Shown: positions 60,488 to 64,000 of the stretch, in pieces | Layout of the letters: each line of letters starts with the position of its first letter | Numbering within the stretch: the stretch's first letter is position 1 | NCBI GenBank assembly: GCA_964016885.1 | Contig: OZ024759.1 | Location: forward strand, 18,476,001 to 18,540,000 | DNA: 64,000 nucleotides | Source: Eledone cirrhosa | Taxonomy: Eukaryota | Reading direction: 5' to 3' | Notes under the pieces: model-generated | Databases searched by the model: none | The model's input: only the letters and a program-made list of their open reading frames with translations | What the model was told of the DNA's origin: nothing | Translations under genes and position numbers: made by a program

Positions 60488-63177
60488 CATTATATATATA
60501 TTATATATTTACATTATAGAATATATATATATTTACATTATACGTATAATACTTATATATACACGTATGTTGTATTATATATATATATCTAAATATATAC
60601 TCTCATACACATATTGACAAAGTAATCAAGGTAAACGTGCCTTGTCCATCATTCTGGAAAGATACCTGATCCTATTCAACTCCCACAAATCGTCCAGGGG
60701 TCATAGATATTCATATGTCAAATGAGCTAAGTAATATGGAGATCGAAGTTTGAATAGAAGTTCTGGCTTTTGTCTAATTAAGGCTTTTGTCTAAATAAAT
60801 CACAGCAAACGCCATTGTTTCTTTATATCCTGAGATCAAATTACGTTCTGGTTGTCTTTCTTTACAGAAAGTAGGTAGGTGTAAAAGACAAACTCGCTAT
60901 CTTGCGTGTTCGTGTTTAGCCTTACCTATTGTCAATTATTGAATCTTATGTAATGAATGCAATAAAAAACACGATCACGAATGCAAGCAGCAGAAATGGG
61001 GTTCCTCCGAAAGGACATTGGAGTAACGCTACTCGGCAGAGTACGTAGTTCAGAGATCAGAGTGTCACTTCAGTTACAACCACTACTTCTCTACATCTAT
61101 AGTTTACAGCTCCAGTACTACTGACATGTGGTTACAATGTCTAAGGAAATGAACCACAGGGCAGATTTTGCGAGTCAAGCCTCCCGGGTAGGAGATTCAG
61201 AGGCAGACAACCTCCTGTAAAACATTGTCTCATAACATCCCGTCCAACCCATGTCAGTATGGGAAAAAGAGTAGATGTAGAAATGATGATTAGGATGATG
61301 ATGGTGATAAAATATATGTAAGAAGCGAATTTGCAAAGTCGTTAGAACATAGGAGCGCATGCTTGGCAGTATTAGTTCCAATTCTCTGCGAGGTGAGTTC
61401 AAATCCCGCCGAGGTTAACTTTACAACTTTAACGTTCATGCTTTCGAGTTCAATAAATAAAATAGAAGTCTTCCTCTATACCGCCTTCTCACTCTCTCAC
61501 CTCTCTCCTTGGAAGAAATCAGCTGTGTTCAGACGTGATGAAGGGATGGGTTCCACCGGGTTTAAATGCCCATACGACTCCACCAGGAATTCGGTGTCTG
61601 TTGATAATGGATGTAACTACATGACGTTGGATACGATCCCACTCTACTGTATCTTTTACACCACTCTTTACTCAAACAACGTCAGGTGACTGAAATTTGG
61701 AAGACAGTAACTCTGATAACAATACAGCCGAAGAGACCTTTCCTTGGTTCGAGTAATTGAATGTGTCTGTCGTTTCGTATAACATCCTAAACGTAGATCT
61801 CAGCACCTTTATTGCAAGTAGTCGGTCAAGGTATTTGGTATAACAATAACGCCCTCCTATTCTTCCACTAGTCTAAGAAACCTTGAAAAGTGTCTTTTCT
61901 CTAATTCAACCATTAAAAAGATACACACAAAAATTGATGAATCGTTTTGGCCACTAGGCCGATAATTTCTAGATAACAGACATTTGACATTCAAATATTT
62001 CAACAGCAAACAACCATATTTTCTATATATCGATACTAAGAAAAATATCGAGACCTTGCTCCACCTTCTACCAAATACCACGCGCCATTCAGCTCTATAG
62101 TTTCTGTGAATTATAAATCATTTTATGGTTATATGCTTTTCGTTATTTCCCCTTTTTCTTTCTTGATTTCTCTTCCTTTCTTTATATATTTCTTCATTTC
62201 TTTCATGATTACAAACATCTTATCTTTCATGATGTATTGAGATGCTATACATTGGGGATAACATTTGCAGGAGAAGTTATCATGAAATTTTCAGAATAAT
62301 CTTTCAAGTCTATCTGACATTTGTCGACAGGAAGTTTAAAGATAAGAATTGTATTTTTATTTTTTAACGATAACCATAAATTTACGTGTTTTTGTCAATC
62401 GATTAAAAAAAACTATATTTGGAAGTCTGGGACATAAAATAATTTTTATAGAGAGCATGACTTGTTTTAGAACTATACTCTAAAAATTTGTGACAAAAAG
62501 TCGTTTATAGATAGCGCAGAGGGAAAGAAAAAAATAGTTGAATATTTCTAAATTATACTCTTCTCGCCAATATACGTTTTATATTCTTTTTCTCAATTCA
62601 TTGTTACTTTTTATGTATCAAATTCAACGTTCTCTACACAATACTAAAAACAACACCCAATGTTTTGGAAATATATAAAAAGCAAAACGCAAATATATAA
62701 CACTGCCCTGTGATTTTAGTTCCACAAATGTTTATTTTTATTAATGCAACCAGTACCAGATTAAACCAATTTAAACTAATGCAAGCTTTCCAATGTTTAT
62801 CTAAAACGGGCACCGATTAAATTACATATCGTGTAAATAAATTCATGCTAGGAAATGCAATCCAGCAAATATTATGATAAAGATAATATATATGTATATA
62901 AAAAAAAACAGTTTAGTCTATTTTCTATATACGTTAAAAGCAGATTGAAATTATAGGCCATATCTATCTATCTATACCTCTCTCTGTCTCTCTCTCTCTC
63001 GATATATATATATATATATTATATTATATTGGAAAATACTTCTTATGAAAACAAAATATTTCGTGTTTAAATGGATTCGTATAGAACACACACGGAATGG
63101 AAGGAAAAAAATTCCATCACTGGTTATTAATATTTGAAATATCTCTTAAACCTATTTAGCACAGAAAAATAGGTTGA

Positions 63178-63236
<59 letters not shown>

Positions 63237-63256
63237 TATATATTTACACACATATA

Positions 63257-63350
63257 CAGGGTGTATAAAACAAATCATCCGGTCTCAAAATGCCATATTT
63301 TAAAAACAAATATAGCCTTTTAAAATTGGGTGATTTGTTTTATACACCTG
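63257..63350. mobile_element. 94-bp Tc1/mariner-type MITE
   Basis: TIR CAGGGTGTATAAAACAAATCATCC / GGGTGATTTGTTTTATACACCTG, in a TA context. Confidence 0.75.
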
Positions 63351-63366
63351 ATATATATATATATAT

Positions 63367-63497
63367 ATATTTAATATAGAAATGGCTTCTACAGGACTAG
63401 AACTGTTTCATTTGAAGGAAATCATCAGGAAAGCCCTGATGATTCCCTTCAAATGAAAACGCTCTAGTCCTGTAGAAGCCATTTCTATATTAAATAT
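63367..63497. mobile_element. palindrome made of two divergent hammerhead copies
   Basis: 63367-63429 is the near reverse complement of 63434-63497; partial homolog at 35061-35100. Confidence 0.8.
63384..63435 (-). ncRNA. type I hammerhead ribozyme
   Basis: GGCTTTC-CTGATGA-tttccttcaaat-GAAA-CAGttctagtcCTG-TA-GAAGCC; stem II is weak. Confidence 0.68.
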
Positions 63498-63707
63498 TTA
63501 TACTCTGCTATGTATTGAGTACCTTTACGGTGGTTACCCCCGATTGAACCCAGGTTACACACACGTCCTTGTATTATTATTATATTACACTTTGGTTAGC
63601 TCTACACCTCGCCAATGATGTGAAGCTAAACAGCGAGTGCTCACCTGGGTGAACCTACAGTAACTTCACGCTACACTCCCTGGATATATATACAGTACAT
63701 ATTTTAA

Positions 63708-63984
63708 TGTATGGGAGCTTTCCAAAAGTCAGCTCAAAAGTGACACAGGAGACTGAGGTTAGCTGGACATGCTCACCGACATCCAGAGTTGACTCTGCAC
63801 TCAGTGCTCCTGTGGGAGCCCCCACATGGACACACTAGAAGAGGAAGACCAAGGTTAACGTATGTTGATGCCCTAAGGACAGACACTGGTCTGTTGGAGA
63901 CGCAGGACATGGCAGCGATAATGAGGGACAGAGACCGCTGGAGAGAACTCGTCCATTGATCTCGGGAATTTTACCCGCCCTAGA
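63708..63984 (+). mobile_element. RTE-like LINE 3' fragment (same family as 26718-27545)
   Basis: Highly similar to 27267-27545; ends in (TA)n. Confidence 0.9.
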
Positions 63985-64000
63985 TATATATATATATATA

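Noticed and set aside
61400-62090. More complex sequence that could be an exon or TE ORF
   Set aside because: No recognisable motif or consistent splice sites

Overview
Very AT-rich, repeat-saturated, non-coding eukaryotic DNA with a 200-N scaffold gap at 25837-26036. The SINE/LINE repertoire suggests an octopod cephalopod; this is an inference from recalled repeat motifs, not a search result. No intact host gene is supported, and almost all listed ORFs are translations of (TA)n, (CA)n, (GAT)n or (ACC)n repeats. Identifiable content: head-to-tail arrays of a Nin/Deu-domain tRNA-SINE, a Meta-type SINE that shares its 3' tail with an RTE LINE, several RTE fragments (two with clear TSDs), one CRE-clade fragment, hAT/mariner/piggyBac-type MITEs, a Helitron-like element and several minisatellites. 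The most striking signal is a dense set of type I hammerhead ribozyme motifs: about 9 with an intact CUGANGA/GAAA core plus several degenerate ones, from at least 7 unrelated sequence families. Many sit in or at the centre of fold-back (palindromic) elements abutting (TA)n tracts, consistent with non-autonomous Penelope-like or retrozyme-like elements. Coordinates were read by eye and repeat boundaries are approximate.
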